DNA of 63,145 bases, filler included, from Perkinsus chesapeaki ATCC PRA-425 (lineage: Eukaryota; Protista; Perkinsozoa): assembly GCA_013115145.1 (NCBI GenBank). It is 7 parts of 7 records of this genome, joined end to end, with 100 filler letters (N's around TTAATTAATTAA, not from the genome) between each part and the next. Parts side by side here need not be neighbours in the genome. Positions count along the whole stretch, not along the records: positions 59,351 to 63,145 come from JAAPAO010001355.1; 6 more parts are not named here. One strand, 5' to 3'. The notes under the pieces are model-generated. The model did no database searches. It was given only the letters and a program-made list of their open reading frames with translations, and was not told the origin of the DNA. The position numbers and the translations under genes were made by a program. Below, one piece after another: positions 59,811-63,145 of the stretch (the first letter of the stretch is position 1; each line of letters begins with the position of its first letter).

Positions 59811-62800
59811 AAATCCTTTTGCTTTTCCCCAGGACCTACTGCCGGAACTAGGGCGATGTTGGGCAAGGACAAAGGGCTTTGGGAACGCATGAGTAAGCAG
59901 GAGGCTGAGGCTCGTGCTGCCAAACTGCAAAGATTGAAGGAGGAGGCTGCTGAGAAAGAGAGACAGGAAATCGAGGCGACTAAGGTACGGAGCTATTTGG
60001 TATTTGAAATTGGATAATTCTATCAGTTTCGAGCGCCACCGGTTTGCAAGGCCAGAGGGGCGTCCGCCAATACGAGTGTTGTGTCGGTTTCATCCGCTGC
60101 CACTGGAGGAGGGCAGAACAGTGTCAGTGTGAATGAGGTCGTTGAGAGGATGAGCAGTAGGGCCGGCTGGTATGAGGAAGAGAATGGTCTTGATGGGTTT
60201 AGAGAACGCTGTGGTCTCACGTAGAGCGAGGTTGGAACAACTTAGTCAACAATATTCAGCTGAAGAGAAGGCGAGGATCGAGGCGACTAGGGTAGGCTTG
60301 GTGGGAGGAGGGGGGTATTGGGATAAATTATATGCAGGGGTGAGAGGAGGGCTCGAGGCTGGTTATTATTGAAGATTAAGCAGAACACTGTACTAGATAG
60401 ATTGGCTAACAAAAACGATCACAAACGTAGTTGGTAAGGCTACGACTCGTAGCCTACCAGCCCTATAATANNNNNNNNNNNNNNNNNNNNNNNNNNNNNN
60501 NNNNNNNNNNNNNNNNNNNNNNNNNNNNNNNNNNNNNNNNNNNNNNNNNNNNNNNNNNNNNNNNNNNTGTTTTAATAAAAACCTTTCTATTGTTCATGTC
60601 CCCGTAGGGAATACATTTACTTTGTTCTATCGCAATGCTATGAGTCTCTTTTATTAATCTCCTTCCCATCGTCGCTTCTTTCAGTTTAAGAAGCCAATCA
60701 AAAATAAAGCAGCGGGGGAGGTTAATATAAGGAAGACTACAGATAGATTGTGAGCTTTGGGGTGCAATGCCATACTCATTATCTGAGGTTGATGCGTGCA
60801 TTATAGAGAGCGATTAGATACGCTGAGGGAGAGAAGAGGAGGGCGAAATTGGAGCAAATGCAAGAGGAAGCTGAATTGAAGGAGATTGCAAAGTGTCAAG
60901 GATTCAGGCCCAAAACAACACATGACGGTGAGAGCGGCATGCGTTCAGCTTTATAATATCCTCGCGAGTTCTTGTGGCGAAATTATTTCGACGAGAAAGA
61001 CTTGAACGTCTGCGGTTGGCGAGTTGGTGAATTAGCGGCATTATACTTGCATAAATGCGTTGTGTTTTATGGATTGTGTATTTTGATTAATTATAAATAC
61101 TTTTTGGCCGCCAGGTGTAGTTGGAATAATCTCAGCGACCATTCTGACATTTTCTGCGTGGAATATTGTAATTGACGAATCGCTGGGAGTGGTTATTTCC
61201 GGCGAATCGGGCAGTTCTTTGAGCCTCAAGCTGCTTTGAGTTTGGCCTCGATTCAAGCTGAACATTTGGTAACTGGTCAGGCTCAGGTAATGTCTTCCAG
61301 CCTCCACCAAGAATAAAGAAGGCTGTTGAAGGAGCAGACAAGGTTTGTAATCGAAAGGTCCCTGGTTCGATCCCCACGACCAACATATTTCTCAGGATAA
61401 AACCGACAGTACGAATCGAAAGAGCTTCGGCCATCAGCGTCTGTAATTCGTGGCGCGCGTGAATATGGCAGCGGAAGTATTCTGGAGCAGGTACGCCGAG
61501 TCGAAGGCTCGGAAGGAGCGGATTGAGAAATTAGCTCTGGCGATCAAAGCTGAAGAGGACAAGGAATGTAAGCGGTGTGGAAGCGTTGCAGCAGTTTGAT
61601 ACGCTTGTCGTGAGCTGTTGGGAAGGATAGGAAATCGGACTAATGTGTGACGTAATTTTGCGGAAGCGCGATGNNNNNNNNNNNNNNNNNNNNNNNNNNN
61701 NNNNNNNNNNNNNNNNNNNNNNNNNNNNNNNNNNNNNNNNNNNNNNNNNNNNNNNNNNNNNNNNNNNNATATAATTTTGTGGATGGGTTTGTGTTACCAA
61801 ATTTGGCATTACCAAGTTCGAGAGGTGGCAAAGGGAGATAAGTGTTGAATTTGACGTTATTATTACTTATTAATTTATCAAATAGTGACTAATTAATAAT
61901 TGTAAATAGTATGCATTAGATGACACAATACGATGCTTAGGAATAACACTGTTCAGTGACCTTATTCAATATAAGTCCCGGGTTGTGACCTCACCAGGGA
62001 CTGGTCTCCGTAGTGGGCAACTTGATGATCATCATGCTCGTAGGCACCCATCAACCGAATCTGCGTAAATCACTTGGCCGCTATAAACCTTCTTCGGTTA
62101 CCAACGCGTCACTAAGTGGGATGAAGTCCCCTACGGGTGGAATGAGCGTCCATGAAAATCTGTATAGGGAAAGAGCCACGAGAGAGGAGCGCATAAGGAA
62201 GATGCGGGAGTAAGAAAAAATAGTTTACTGAGTGGCGAGACTTCCTTTCAGGGAGAAGGAAGCATTGGAGGTGTCTAGTTTGGCATCGTCACGTGTGACG
62301 CCGAAAACCCCGACGAGAAGGGACATTCACACAACTCTGTAGAGGCGAGGGCAAATCTGGTGGGAATGATTTTGAGCAGGCATGATGAGGTTTATAGGAA
62401 GAAAGCGGAAAGCGAGGCGAGGGAGGTCGAGAAGGAGGAGATTGTTCAGAACTTTTTGGATTCGACAAGACGGACTTCTGCTAGACCAGGACTGCACAAT
62501 CGCTTGTAGGTCACTTCGACGGTTGTAGTGGAATGTGTAGTCCTTTCGCTGAGGGCTTATTCGTGTTTCATTCGGATTCCTGTCACAATACCTTGAAGCT
62601 TCAAAAAATGCATTCTTGTTGAATGGGTAAACTGGGTAGTACAGCTCGAGTGGTCTCGTGGAACGCTACTGGCTCATCCAAGCCAGGCAGCTTCGTACAA
62701 TTTCGGCAGTAAATGCAACGGGGCGGCGGCGGTGGTCGGCGTTCAGTGTTGGGATACTCGGGTAGGTTTGAAGAGTCTAAGTTGAGACACGAAGCATTGA

Positions 62801-62900
62801 TGAAGAAGGTTAAAGCGAAGGAAGAAGAGGAAGGAGCAGCTGTTATGAAGAAAACAGGTTGGCAAGGAGCTGCTTGTGAGATCTGCGGCGCTGTAGATTG
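59811..62900 (+). CDS. Repetitive charged coiled-coil protein (multi-exon)
   Basis: Repeated exon units of the type (W/Y)..RY/LY...R..K(L/I)E.....E..E...C/F.P, each ending in a GT donor. Confidence 0.6.
61325..61390 (+). tRNA. tRNA-derived fragment (3' half) in an intron
   Basis: TTTGTAATCGAAAGGTCCCTGGTTCGATCCC resembles an anticodon arm, variable loop and T arm; no intact 5' half. Confidence 0.4.
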
Positions 62901-63145
62901 GTAACTAATAGCTCTTGTGAGCTTCGATAAGCCTTGTTTTGCCGCCAATGGGCGGACATCGTACTTGTTATTCTCGCAATATGATTAAGAGATAGACTCG
63001 TAAAGGTTTGACTGGAGTGATGGTAGGAATGATTACTGTTAGCAGCATGTAACAAAAAACTGGCAGCTGGCAGCTGGCAATGGGCTGAGGTCGTTGGAGT
63101 ATTAGCTTGTATGTTAATAAGATTGACTAGCGAAACGAATGATAT

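Noticed and set aside
60431-60470. Hairpin near a contig gap as a Helitron 3' end
   Set aside because: No CTRR end; it fits the one-mismatch scar GCTACGA-CTCGTAGC-CTACCAG.

Overview
Eukaryotic DNA, most likely from a Perkinsus-like alveolate. This is an inference from short GT-AG introns of about 45-60 bp, the gene families present, and mostly about 45-50% GC by eye. The window is not one locus. Seven contigs are joined by six artificial 100-nt linkers (44 N + TTAATTAATTAA + 44 N), and there are three plain N gaps. Host genes: two pepsin-like aspartic proteases, an alpha/beta hydrolase, a large ankyrin + RING-IBR-RING + Ariadne-domain E3 ligase, three small secreted proteins (two are paralogs in a tandem segmental duplication), a DBP4/DDX10 pseudogene, an AT-rich island carrying sepiapterin-reductase-like and RNPS1-like genes, a POT peptide transporter and a repetitive coiled-coil gene. 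About 40% is mobile DNA: several BEL/Pao-like LTR retrotransposons, an IR/DR-type Tc1, a mariner-type MITE, MULE and hAT relics, a GTACAC-array element family and tRNA-derived repeats. The most striking signal is at least 27 stereotyped palindromic scars of the form S[1-7] + reverse-complement(S) + S[2-8], where S is an 8-bp site. I found 15 exact copies, 7 with one mismatch, 4 complex forms with long fold-back arms and 1 with a 9-bp site. This is exactly the product expected from hairpin-type (hAT-like) transposon excision repaired through an 8-bp microhomology. The second highlight is a retrotransposon integrase carrying a C-terminal CW-type zinc finger, a putative histone reader. All counts were made by eye and are minimum values.
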